This document shows, one piece after another, positions 52,401 to 64,000 of a stretch of DNA of 64,000 bases (its first letter is position 1; every line of letters begins with the position of its first letter). The DNA comes from Azolla caroliniana. Taxonomy: Eukaryota; Plantae; Polypodiophyta. The stretch lies in the NCBI GenBank assembly GCA_043228905.1, contig JBHGNT010000015.1, forward strand, positions 5,022,001 through 5,086,000. The letters are read 5' to 3'. Position numbers and translations under genes: made by a program. Under the pieces are notes generated by a model. It made no database searches and was not told where the DNA came from. It was given only the letters and a program-made list of their open reading frames with translations.

Positions 52401-55400
52401 GTAAACTTAAGAAAAATTTATATGGTCTCATGAAATCACCTCAAAAGTGGTATAAAAATATTTCATGCTTTTATGAGGTCCCATAGTTATCATTGGAGCA
52501 ATGAAGACTCATGCTTATATACGAAGAAATGTATAGGCGATGCATATGTGATTTGGATACTCTATGTAGATGACATGCTCATCGCTAATAAAAACAAGCA
52601 CGAGCTATCCAAACTAAAGGAAAATTTGAGTCAAAGTTTCGACATGAAAAATTTGGGAAATTCAAAACTCCATCCTTGGTATGCGTATTACTTAGGATAG
52701 GAGTAATGGATGTATTTATTTGTCTCAATCTGAGAGTACGTATGCAAAATACTGAAGAAATTTTTAATATGGAGAGTGCAAAACCTTTGAGGAAACCATT
52801 ATCTATGGATGTTAAATTGAGCAAACACGAATGTCCCAAATCGAGTTCATGAGTAAAATTCCCTAACCGAGTATACCAATGCAAAGACCTGAGTATAATT
52901 CCCTAACTGAATATACCATGCAAAGACCAAGCAGATTGGAGTGTGATACAATTTCATTCTGTCAATTTGTTTGTAAAAATGTGATCCAAAAAGACCGGCT
53001 GTATCTGATTTAAGAATTTTCTGTGTTTTCTGTCTCTGATTCAAACATACGAGATTCCTTTTGCGTTTCCTGTGTCTCATCATAATCTAACTTTGCATTT
53101 TTTTGGTTGTTCAATTTGTTGGAGAGGAGCCGCTACTTTCCTTTCTGCTGCTCTGATTCTGTTTCTGATTGATCGTTGCTTTGCAGCCTTCTTCATTTGC
53201 CTGTACACGGCGATCTTCTGCGTGCCCGTGTTGCTTCCTGTTTCCATAACAGACAAGAATTTCGAGCTTCAGAGAGCCAAGAATTCGACGGTTGGATCCA
53301 GCGATTTCGACAAGGTCGCGATGGGGAATGTCATGGTAATGTAATTATATTCATCTAATCAAAATCACGTCCGTGGAATGGAATCGAACCAAATCAATGG
53401 AATGGTTTGTTCTTCTTCATCACTGATTCTGCAGGATGGGAGCAAACGTCTGTGGGCCTATGTAGTTGGAGCTTACTGGGTCACCATAGTCACGATGCAT
53501 CGGCTATGGAAGACCTACAAGCATGTGGTGCATCTGAGAATCGTGGATCAAGCTAATCCTGAGAAGGTAAAACCAGAGCAATACGCTGTTCTGGTGAGGG
53601 ACATCCCTGCTCCTCCCCCTGGCACTGCCACTGCCACTACTGCCACTGCCACCATACATGGCGAGGTGGACAAGTACTTCAAAGCTCTGTATCCTGAAAC
53701 CTACGGAGGATGCGTCGTCGTCACAAAAATATCCAATGTATACACTAAAGATCTCATAATCTCTCCAAATCTGTCCAAACCATTAGGTTTTTGCCTTATC
53801 TTCCTGAGTGTATAATGTAGCTAATTGCGTCAATTCTTTCTGTATACTGACTGGTTCAGGCAGCTAAGCTCTGGCGAGAGAGGGAGGCATTTCGGAGGAA
53901 ACTGGCTCGTGCAGAGCTGAAAAGGAAGAAGGAGAATATTCTGCCTATGCATAGGACTGGATTTCTCGGTCGCTTTGGTCCTCCGGTAAAATCCATCGAA
54001 TTCTACAAGGGAGAGATGTATAGGAAAGAAAACGCTCTAAAGACGGAACGAGAATCTCTTACATTTTCCGTGTCGCAGAAAGGCGCGGCTATCGTCATCT
54101 TTAGTACCAGAGCAGCCGCCAACAGTGCATCTCAGGTAAATCACCTCATGCCAAAATATTGAACTCCTCCAAGATTCTCAATGAGCAGCCTAATTCTGTT
54201 GATTAATCATTAATCAACCCCTAGGTTGTATGTTAATCTCGTCAAAGTCTGACGACAGAGATCATTTCTCTCTGCTTAATCGTCGCAATCCGGTTTAGCA
54301 ATTCATCTTAAGGTAGCTTCACAATCACTTATTCCAATTCCCAAGACAAGAAAGTCGATCGAAGAAGAAGATCTATCCATGCGCACACTGCCTTCTTCGT
54401 TAGCTTCTTCTTCCTCCTATTTAGATTCCGATTCTCGTTTGTATCGAGGAATCAGAATTCTAAGGAGATAGAAGGCAGTGACAAACCATGACAGTATGGA
54501 TCTTCTTCTTGCCAGTAACCAATGTCATTAGGCTTGTCATGATTAGACATTAATCCACAACTCCTAGCAATAATAATAAGGATTTTGTTGTTTTCTAGAG
54601 ATAGAGAAATACTAGTAGTACTATGAGCAACAATTGCTAGAATGATACCACTACCTCATCAGTTGTGGTACCAGTAGCTAGTATTATTGTCATCACCACC
54701 ATCCTCATCATCATTAAGAAGCTGATGATCATGATGAATGCTCTTCTGTTAAGTAGATAATCAGACTTCCATTGTAATGACATCAAACCATTCACGAATT
54801 CGCAGTCTATGCATAGCCTTTATGCTAATCAATGGACTACCTGTGCTGCTCCCGATCCGAGAGCGGTCATATGGGAAAACCTCGCTATACCCTTTGTACC
54901 AAGGCTTGTACGACAAACTTTGGTCTACCTTGTGGTTTCACACATGATCTTCTTCTACATGATCCCCATTGCCTTCATCTCGGCCCTTATCTCGCTCGAC
55001 AACTTGGAGAAGAAGCTACCGTTCCTAAAGCCTATAGTGGATATACCATTAGTCAATACAGCACTCCAGGCTTTTCTACCTCAGCTTGTTCTCCTTGCCT
55101 TCATTCTCGTGCTTCCTGATCTGCTCTTGAAGCTCTCAAAGTTTGAGGGAATTCCTTCAAAAGACTTACAAGACAGGGCAGCTGCCGGGAAATTCTTCTA
55201 CTTCAATGTTTTGAACATCTTTTTGGGTGTCACCATAGCCGGCAGCTTGTTCACTTCCCTTAAAGGCATCATCGATAATCCGCGATCAATAATTTCATTG
55301 CTAAGTGAATCTCTCCCCGGACAAGCCAGTTTCTTCATCTCATTTGTGGCCCTCAGGTAATATCACGCGCCATTGCTACAACACTAGGTCTATATCTATG

Positions 55401-56860
55401 CATTTTTCTATACAATCCACATCTGGAAATCTCTTAATTGTGCTTGTTATGTCTATAAAGACGGGGATGGGCACACTTATACCCTGACTTTGGAGAACTT
55501 CAAGGATCTAAGATGTTGCAATTTTTCTTTATGGATTTTCACCAGCAATATAATGCAGTACTCAAAAAACAATGGGTGTACTAGGAATATATACGTTTCT
55601 AGCATGACCTAATGATTCTAATCTTGATTCATGATGCTTATTAATGCAGGTTCTTTGTGAGTTATGGCCTGGCATTTTCAAGGCTATGGTCACTTATCAA
55701 ATTTCGTTTCAGAAAGAGATTCCTATGCAAGACTGATGAAGAGATCAAACAAGCATGGGCTCCTAAGTCCTTTAAATATGCAATTCGTGTCCCAGGGGAT
55801 ATGCTCGTCTTGACAATCACATTATCCTACGCAGTCATAGCACCGCTGATTTTGGTATTTGCCATCGTCTACTTTGGTTTAGGTTGGCTATTCATGCGGA
55901 ATCTGGTAAGGCTATTCCGCACTCTGTGCATACAAGTAATTTCCTAAAGTTAATGTCACACAGATGTATATTATATACTGGGTTACATCTGAAAATTTGG
56001 TGTTTATTACACATGTATTTGCGGGGTTAATGTACGTATACACGATACTTTGTACTTTAAAGACCTTGTTTGGTGTGTAGATTAATCTATGTTAAAAGGA
56101 TGGTATACATTATAATATGCAGATACTTGCGTTTGAGCTAAATTTAGTACCCATATATAGAGATTATATAAGACAATAATATGTTCCTTTGGCCATAGGA
56201 AGTCAAAATCATCCCTGAGTTCAGCCTCCCCTGTATGAGCTATTTCAAATAATGGTTGGGGATAGGAAGCTTTATTCCTTAATTTTTCATGATTGAGCCC
56301 CCCAATACGAAAAGAAGTTACACAAAGGATTTAATATAAAGAACTAAATTTGGTCATGATTAAGTCAAAGGGTTGTTATACTTCTTTTGGAGCACAGAAG
56401 CTATAACAAGGATTTATTGATATATGAAAAGCATCCATAATGTTTAATCATGTTCAGTTATCCTTTTTTTGTGATTTCGTAGGCGCTCAATGTGATCATG
56501 CCGAAGTATGAGAGCGGAGGGAGGATGTGGCCACACATTCATTCTCGGATAGTGGGTTCTCTCTTCTTATCCCAACTCACAATGCTAGGTTACTTTGGAG
56601 TGAAGAAGTTTGTGTATGTACCACTATTATTGCCACCTTTGGTGGCAACTATCGTGTTTGCATACATATGTCGGAAGTTCTTCTACCCATCTTTCGATGT
56701 GACTCCACTCTATGCTACTTGTGAGGAACCACACAAGCGTCCTAGTGTTGAGGAAATAAAAAAATCCTATACCCCTTTGTTTCTCTCTGACCGTAATGTA
56801 TTTGATGGTGAGGAGGTAGGCAGGCATTTCCAAAGGACTTGGATAGAAGATCAATTTTAG
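49492..56860 (+). CDS. ERD4: CSC1/OSCA-family mechanosensitive Ca2+-permeable channel, ERD4/OSCA3.1-like, 723 aa; exons 49492-49750, 53187-53335, 53435-53737, 53860-54135, 54806-55356, 55650-55905, 56483-56860
   Basis: All introns are GT-AG and phases are consistent (2172 nt in total). Motifs: FVTSLVTSF..IYYP, AGLDAAIY, RLWAY, PEQYAVLVRDIP, TGFLG, APDPRAVIWENL, SLPGQASFF, YAVIAPLIL, YESGGRMWPHI. Confidence 0.93.
50060..52850 (+). mobile_element. Decayed Ty1/Copia (family of element O) in OSCA3 intron 1
   Basis: FDGSNFSLWK gag, FIDDATRKVW / NGGEY integrase, LYVDDML RT; many deletions. Confidence 0.88.
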
Positions 56861-57369
56861 TTCTGGAAACTCATGGTTTAGTATAGAATATTGAAAATAT
56901 CCACCATCCTCTAAGTAATGTATTATACAATACGCTTGTGTGGTTCCTTACTTTCTATCTAATTCATGTCCTTGTAATGCTTCCCTTTTATTTCACCATT
57001 CTCTTGTTGTTTTGTATGGTTGTTTAATCAATTTCATCTCCATGGACTCATTGGACTCCTGTCTAATATCCATTCATTTGGTTTTTTGAGTGATTGGCTC
57101 TCTAGTACAAAAAATAAGGAATAGTATTGGTATGTTTAAATAAAGAATAATAAAACAATAAAACAATAAAAAACAAATATATAATTATAAATATCAATTT
57201 ATATGGTCCATCATCGAAGAGACACACGAAGAGGCATTGTGTCTTATCGAAAATTTACAAACATTTTTGGGAACTACTTGTTGTATCATTGTACATTTTG
57301 AATGAATGGAATGGCATCAATACATTAAGTGTATACAAAATTATCATATATTCTTCATTTGGAGCCATG

Positions 57370-58130
57370 GCCCAGGAATGGTGCTCAACATCCACAACAA
57401 CCCTAAATTTTAGAAACAGAAAAGCAAACATCAGCAAACTTTTGAACACAAACTATTGCGTATGGAGTAGTAAAATGATAATTTTATTTCAACAAACAAA
57501 ACTATGGAGTGTAGTAAAAGGAATAGAAGCCAAACTAGATGTTCGCGACCCAACATTTGAAGCATGGGAAGAGAAAGACCTGGCAACACAATTGGGGATT
57601 ATATCTCACCTCTAAATCTATAAATGAATTCGAACAAAAAGTATATGGAAATCAAGTTATGACATCAAATATATTTGTAACCCTAAAAATGAAATATGAT
57701 GATGAAATAATAGATTCAGTAATACATGGAAGAGGAAACTCAATGATAGTCTTACAGCACGAGACAATATTAATCATGAACTTCAATGGTTGCTACTTCT
57801 TGGTGCCCTCCAAAATTCTTGGAGGAACTTTGTCACTACTGAAAATTCAAATCACAATCTAACTCTCAACTACTCAATAAATTGCATCTGGCAAGAAGAT
57901 GCAATGAGAAAAGTATGGCAACATGATGCTACTCAAAACACATTAGTGATGATAGCATACAAAATGCGGCGAACATTCCATGACCCAACTATAACTCAAG
58001 ATCCATGGGATGCCCACAACCAAAGAAACAAGTTATGAGATTCTCTAATATCATCTGTCCACAATGTCATAAATCAAGACGCACAAGAAACAAATGCAAC
58101 GTTGATGATAATGCAATAGTCGTTTGTTTC
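57370..58130 (+). mobile_element. Decayed Copia gag fragment
   Basis: NYCVWSSKM...LWSVV...WEEKD, LLGALQNSWRNFV. Confidence 0.7.
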
Positions 58131-58199
58131 TTGGACCGCCAAGCATTTGCTTCACCTGCTAATGTATGCACATAACATAACCAATAGTAGATTTCCAAT

Positions 58200-60162
58200 T
58201 ATCTACATCTCCCCCCAATTAGAGTCAGATGAAAAATGAGGATCATAAGAGAGAGAGAGGGAGAGACAGAGGGAGAGAGTGGATGATAGAAGGGAATTAT
58301 ATTATAGAAAAGGAGTACAAAGATAAGAAGAACTTAAAGGCTTAATACTGATGTTGAACTGAATAGGTTTGAATAATACAATATGCCTATATTTATAAGG
58401 CCTTTTGGTGTATTTCTTTAGAATATTCTAGAGTATTCTAGAATTTTCTAGGTTATTCTGTAAATTCTAGGATCTAGGTGAAATAATTGATGAAAATTAT
58501 TGTATATTGTCCCGTATATTGTAGAGTCACAGGTTCAAATACTTTTTGGCTCAATATGTGCATGTTATCATGACACTAACCCCAACTTCAAACGATGAGT
58601 GTTATGAGTTATCATTGATTGAGGATCTTCTTTGTCTAGGCATTGTTGATGAACTTATATGGCATGGTTCTAATAAAGAGCAATGCAACACTAGATGTAA
58701 TGGTAATTGTGAGGGTAGATCAAGGCAAAAGATTATGTTATTGATTTTTCCATTAATGGCAAAAGGGCCTAACCATTTATAATCAAATTTGCCACATGGT
58801 CTAATAGCCTTTATATGACATTGTCACAACTATACTTGATCTCCAACTTGAAAAGTTGATGCAAGCCGATGCGGATCTACATTAGCTTTGTCTATTACTT
58901 GAAAAATTATGGTTGAATTTTCTTACTTGATCTAAATGATCCCGAGCACTAGGATTTGTTGGTAATTCGGGAGCTTCGAATAAACACCATCGTGGATGGT
59001 AACATATGTAGGGATAGAATGGAGTAACCCTCGTAGAGGAATGTATAGAATTACTGTATGCAAATTCTATTTGACCTTCAGTTTGTGGATGATAATCTTA
59101 GGAGAGTTTGTAGGAGAGTTTGAGCATTGTGAATGAATACTTCCAAACTTTAGATATAAATTGTGGTCCACGATCACTAATTATGTTGTCTGGAACAACA
59201 TGGTGACGAAATACTTCACACATGACTAGATTTGTTGTTTCTTCATTAGTGATATCTTTAGTGCATGGCAATAAATGTGTCATTTTAGCATATCGATCAA
59301 CTACTAGATAGCATTGAGCCCCATAGAATGTGGAAGATCTTTAATAAAATCTAAAGACAAATTTCCGTGGCTTGCTTGAAATCGGTAATGGTTGTACAAT
59401 AAACCATAGGGATGATATCGAGGCATCTTTTCTCTACAACATGTGTCACATGTGCGAACATAATCTTCGACAAATTTACGTTGATGAGTCGACCAAAATG
59501 ATCATTTTAATAAATACAATATGTAATTAACACTAAATTACTCAACCATGTATGAATCACAACGATGTTTTCTGACTTGGGGGCGTGATGACCCATCATG
59601 AACATAAAGAAGATCGTTGTAGAAAAGTAATCCATCGTGCCACTTGAATTGCATATAATCCGTGTATGAATGTTGTGACTATGAGGAAGATGTATGATTC
59701 GGATCAATATGACCTAAGATATCTTGAGCGAAGACATCTGTCTTGAGATCATGACAAATAATATCAATAATGCTTGAATCTAATGGAGTATCAAAGTCTA
59801 TGGTTGCTTAAAGTTATGCAAGACCTACGATTACCTGTTTATTATCAAAGGTGTTAAGAAGATGGCACATGGGCACTACTCGTGAAGATAAGGGCACCAA
59901 CAAGGAACACCAACAAACTAATCTAAAAAAAGAGGGATAAAACAAACTAACCAGGAAAAAATGCAAGCCAATGGGTAACCTAGTGTGAAACAAACACACT
60001 AAATGTAAAAGTTATAAAAGCCACTATGTAGTGTCTTTTATAACTCTTCTCAAATCTTAAGAGTTTCTCCTAGTGATTATTATGTGACGCCTCCTTTCCT
60101 ATCTCCCTAATTGTAATTAAGAGCTAAGAGAGATTAATGATAGAGGTTAGTACACCAAGCTC

Positions 60163-60206
<44 letters not shown>

Positions 60207-63200
60207 GGTGCTCAACCTCTATGTATTAAAGAGTGATGATAATAAAACATCTTTATGGTAACTTCTTTGCTCAATTGTACGAGAGAGTAGAAGAGAGATT
60301 AACATTAATCGTGTAAAGCTAAGTAAGCTAGTAACTTGGAGGTATTGGACAACTATCTCCCCTTGGTTCGCCATCAATAGGGTATACGTAGGTGCAGATC
60401 CTAGGCCAACGACATCGACGAGAGGTAAAACTCCATCGATTCATAGAAGTTCTTTCATGCTACACACGTAAATAACACAAAAGGTTTGGTGACTAGGATG
60501 AGGTGCTAAATATGAACATCATGATAATGCATCCTCTTCCCTAGTTTCTTGCTTGGATGAAAAATAGTCTTGAAATCAAAATGAGTAAGGATTGTGCCCA
60601 TCGAGCCTGTCTTCTATTTAACACGTGAGTGCTCTGGAAATAAGTGAGCTTTTTACGATCATCGGATACAATTATTTGATGAGAAGAGTCTTCCAAGAAA
60701 TGTCTCCATTGTTCAAAGGAATCAACTATAGCTAAAAGCTTCTTATCATGTACCTTATAATAGTTTATCTTAACAGTATCCAATTTGTGCAAATGGAAAG
60801 CCACTGGGTGTAGCTTCCCATCATCAAGTTGTTGTGACAGAATGCTACCAAGTGCAAAATTTGATGCATTTACCTCAATAAAAAATGGTTTTTGTGGATC
60901 AACATGAGCTAGAATAGGGGCGAATGGAAATGATTTCTTAAGATCCATAAAAGCCTTATTTGCATGAATAGTTCAAACAAATGATTGATTTTTCCTTGTA
61001 AGTTGTGTGACGTTGAATCAGTTTTGAGTGATCTTGTAGGAATTTGCAATAGAAATTTACAATTCCTAGAAAACATTGCACATCTCTCATAGATCGTGAA
61101 GTTTGCCAATCCCACACTATTGGGATTTTAGTTGGATTCATAGAGATTCATTTAGAGAAGAATTCCATTTGTTTGCAATCGAAACCGCACTTCTCTTGTT
61201 TCATAAAGGTCATATTCACGTAGTTGGAATTATGCTCCTCTTGTGTTTTTGAAGAAATCAATAGATCATCCAAATAACAAATGATTAGGATGGTGTCCAA
61301 CAGATCTCGAAAAATGTCATTAGCCATGTGTTGGAAACTTGTTAGTGCATTTGTGACACCAAATAACATGACTATATACTCAAAATGATCGTATCAAGGA
61401 AAGTTGTCTTCCACTCATCTCCCTGTTGAATCTATACAAGGTTATATGCATTGCATAAATCAATCTTTGCAAAATATTTTTCCCCAGTAATCCATTCCCA
61501 AAGAATAGAGATTAAGGGGAATGCATATGTATTCCTAATAGTAATCTTATTCAAACCCTAGTAATCCAGTACTAGACGAAGTGAACCATCTTTTTTCTTC
61601 AGAAAGAAAATGGGTGCACTAGCTAGAGATTGCGAGTGTCAAATGAATCCATTTGCCAAGTTTTCCTCAATGTATGTTCAAAGAATCTCAAGCTCGTTTG
61701 GTGACAAATCGTAGCTTGGTCCCCATGTTGGCTCCTTTCCTAGTTGTAAATCAATGGGGCAATCATATTGTTAATGGTCTAGAAGCATATTTGCTTTTAA
61801 CTTGTGGAAATTTTTTTCATAATCTTGATACTTTTTTGGAAGTTGAATTTCTTATTTTCTTTCAATGATATTGGAAGGCTTCATTAGTACTGCAAATAAG
61901 AACATTCCTCCCTTTTGAACTTCTTTCCATACTTGTTGTTGTGAAATAGTTGAAATCCTATGAGATTAAATATCTTTCCCTATAATAGTAGATGCTTGAG
62001 GTTTCATAATATATTGTTTTCAATACTTGATTTCTTGCTTTCTCTAGTCAAAATTGGGGTTATGTAGTTCAAACCATGGCAAGCCCAAAACAATTGGATG
62101 TTTATGGCTACCAATTATGTTAAAGGATATTACACATGCCAAATTATCTAGCACAACGCGAACTAGCTCTTACTCTTCTACTATATTTCAAGAACCATCA
62201 ATGTCTGCTACTGAAATGGGGCAAGGAAGTTTTTCTTAGACTTACCTGATGAAGTCAAGCAAAATTTCTATCCATGAAGCAAGAATTAGCAATGGTATCT
62301 AGGAATGTTTGAACATGAACTTGATGATTAGTTGTTCTACTAACTTTCACTTGAGTTGAGAACACCTTGCTAACTTGCTTAGAAGAAATGGAACCACTGA
62401 TGGGCAACATAGATCCGGGACTGTCCAACCAAATGGCACTCCTATTATGGTTGGACTTAATTATTTAACTCATCATGTAGTTGACTTAGAACCTCAAATT
62501 TATTTGATAACCTTGGAACACCAAGATTGTTAGATACCCCACATGGAATAGCCTCAACTTTAGTAATAGTAGAAACTTCGTTCACTTGACGTCTAGGCCT
62601 ATGGGGACAATTTATGGCAACATGTAATCGGCCACCACAATTTAAACATAGGCAGTTTGCTCGACGTCGTTGCTTTTCCTCTGTTCACAATGATCTATAA
62701 TGACATGTTGCATCAATTTCCATTAGTGTCAAAGATGTATTATATAATTCCTTTGGGGATGGTTTTGCTAAGATTGATGCATACACAGTCTCTAATCTTG
62801 CCCTTGCCATTTGTTGTTGTGGTCGTTGTGAACGTCACTCGAAAAGTCAGTTATCGAATCGTACTACTCGATTTATTGCCTCTGTGAGTGAGTTTGGCTC
62901 TTCTAGAAATGTAAGGAGTAAATCCTTTACATCATTGTGTAGCCACACCGGAATTGTTCCATTATTGCTTGGTTGTCCCATGGAATATTGGTTGCGAGAA
63001 GACAAAAATCAGTGGCATAGGTTGAGGTAGGATGATCCCCTTGACATAGCCTTTGGATTTTGTTGATTATTGTCCGAACACTATCAACATCTCCAAAACA
63101 TTCTTTGAGGTCACTAATAAACTCCTTGAAAGTATTTAACAAATGCAAACCAGGCTAATGTTGTACCGCTTAGTAATGTGCCTACTAACCCCACTTGTGA

Positions 63201-63480
63201 TGCATTGGTTAGATATCAAGGAGGATGCATTTGAATTATTAAATGGACTTGATTGAGGAACCCTCTAAATTGAGATAGTGATCCATCAAACTTCATGGGA
63301 AGATTGATCTTGGCTCTTTAAGGATTCCTTGTGTTCTCATTCCATCTTGTTATAAAGTCACGATAGTTGCTTCCAGTTGTTGTACTTGTAATGTCAACTC
63401 CTCATGTTTTGTTGCTTTATTTTGTAATATGTCGTAGATCACCCAATAAGCATTGATTTTCTTGTTCTAGTGGCACGAAC
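58200..63480 (-). mobile_element. Decayed Ty3/Gypsy (chromovirus-like)
   Basis: Gag (62600..63300), protease, RT (FGVTNA..FQ, YLDDLLI), RNase H (ASNFALGSILSQ, HDKKLLAIV), integrase (IISDRGPQF). PPT followed by TG at ~58575. Boundaries approximate. Confidence 0.85.
59815..60465. mobile_element. Insertion within the Gypsy, probably a solo LTR, with a (CT)n tract
   Basis: Non-coding block interrupting the RH-INT junction; CT microsatellite at 60165..60203; ends not resolved. Confidence 0.45.
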
Positions 63481-63601
63481 TTTCCCTTCAAGCACTGAAA
63501 CTCCAAAAGGACGAATTGATATTCTTGTGCACTAATACAAGTTATTAGTACTAGATGATTGTAAGATAAGAAAATGACAAATTTTGTTCAAATTGTCAAG
63601 A

Positions 63602-63605
<4 letters not shown>

Positions 63606-63649
<44 letters not shown>
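63606..63649. repeat. (GA)n microsatellite
   Basis: Directly visible. Confidence 0.95.
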
Positions 63650-63651
<2 letters not shown>

Positions 63652-64000
63652 CACGTGATATGACCTATGAGATCAAATATATTACATTTTAGGTGATACA
63701 TGTGAAAGAGAGTAGCGACTCTCAATGTTCAAGAACATTACCAATGAATGTTGCAATCAAGAGTGCACATTGTGGGTGTGAATGAAATTCGTGTAAGGAT
63801 TGGGCTTGGTCGAAGATGTGTGGAAAGCATGGTCGAATATGATCATAGACAAAACATTGTATCAATGTGTGATACTTAGACTCTCAAACTTGTTTATGGC
63901 AAAGTGTGCATATTTGACGACACTCATGACAAGAAATAGATAGATTGTACTATCGTCTTCGAAGGACAAATATGACTTATGAGACCAAAAATAGTACATT

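Overview
Eukaryotic, land-plant genomic DNA (probably a non-flowering lineage; this is inference), mostly transposable elements. (1) Two inverted, decayed copies of a large intron-containing Sola2-like DNA transposon: copy A at <1..~10598 and copy B at ~31077..42777. The element has a GAG...CTC terminal inverted repeat, a DDD transposase and a second, convergently transcribed accessory gene. Its non-coding parts carry tandem arrays rich in the palindrome (T)AGTACT(A). (2) A deeply nested LTR-retrotransposon pile from ~11.3 to 44.2 kb. An old Copia is split into three pieces by a tRNA-Trp-primed Gypsy-like element with 4-bp ACGT target duplications, a tRNA-Arg-primed Gypsy, several younger Copias and Sola copy B. 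(3) One apparently intact host gene, an ERD4/OSCA3 (CSC1-family) channel of 7 exons and 723 aa at 49492..56860, with a Copia remnant in intron 1 and relics of two deleted tandem paralogs upstream. (4) A decayed minus-strand Gypsy at ~58.2-63.5 kb. All calls were made by eye from motifs and internal sequence comparisons; no database searches were run.
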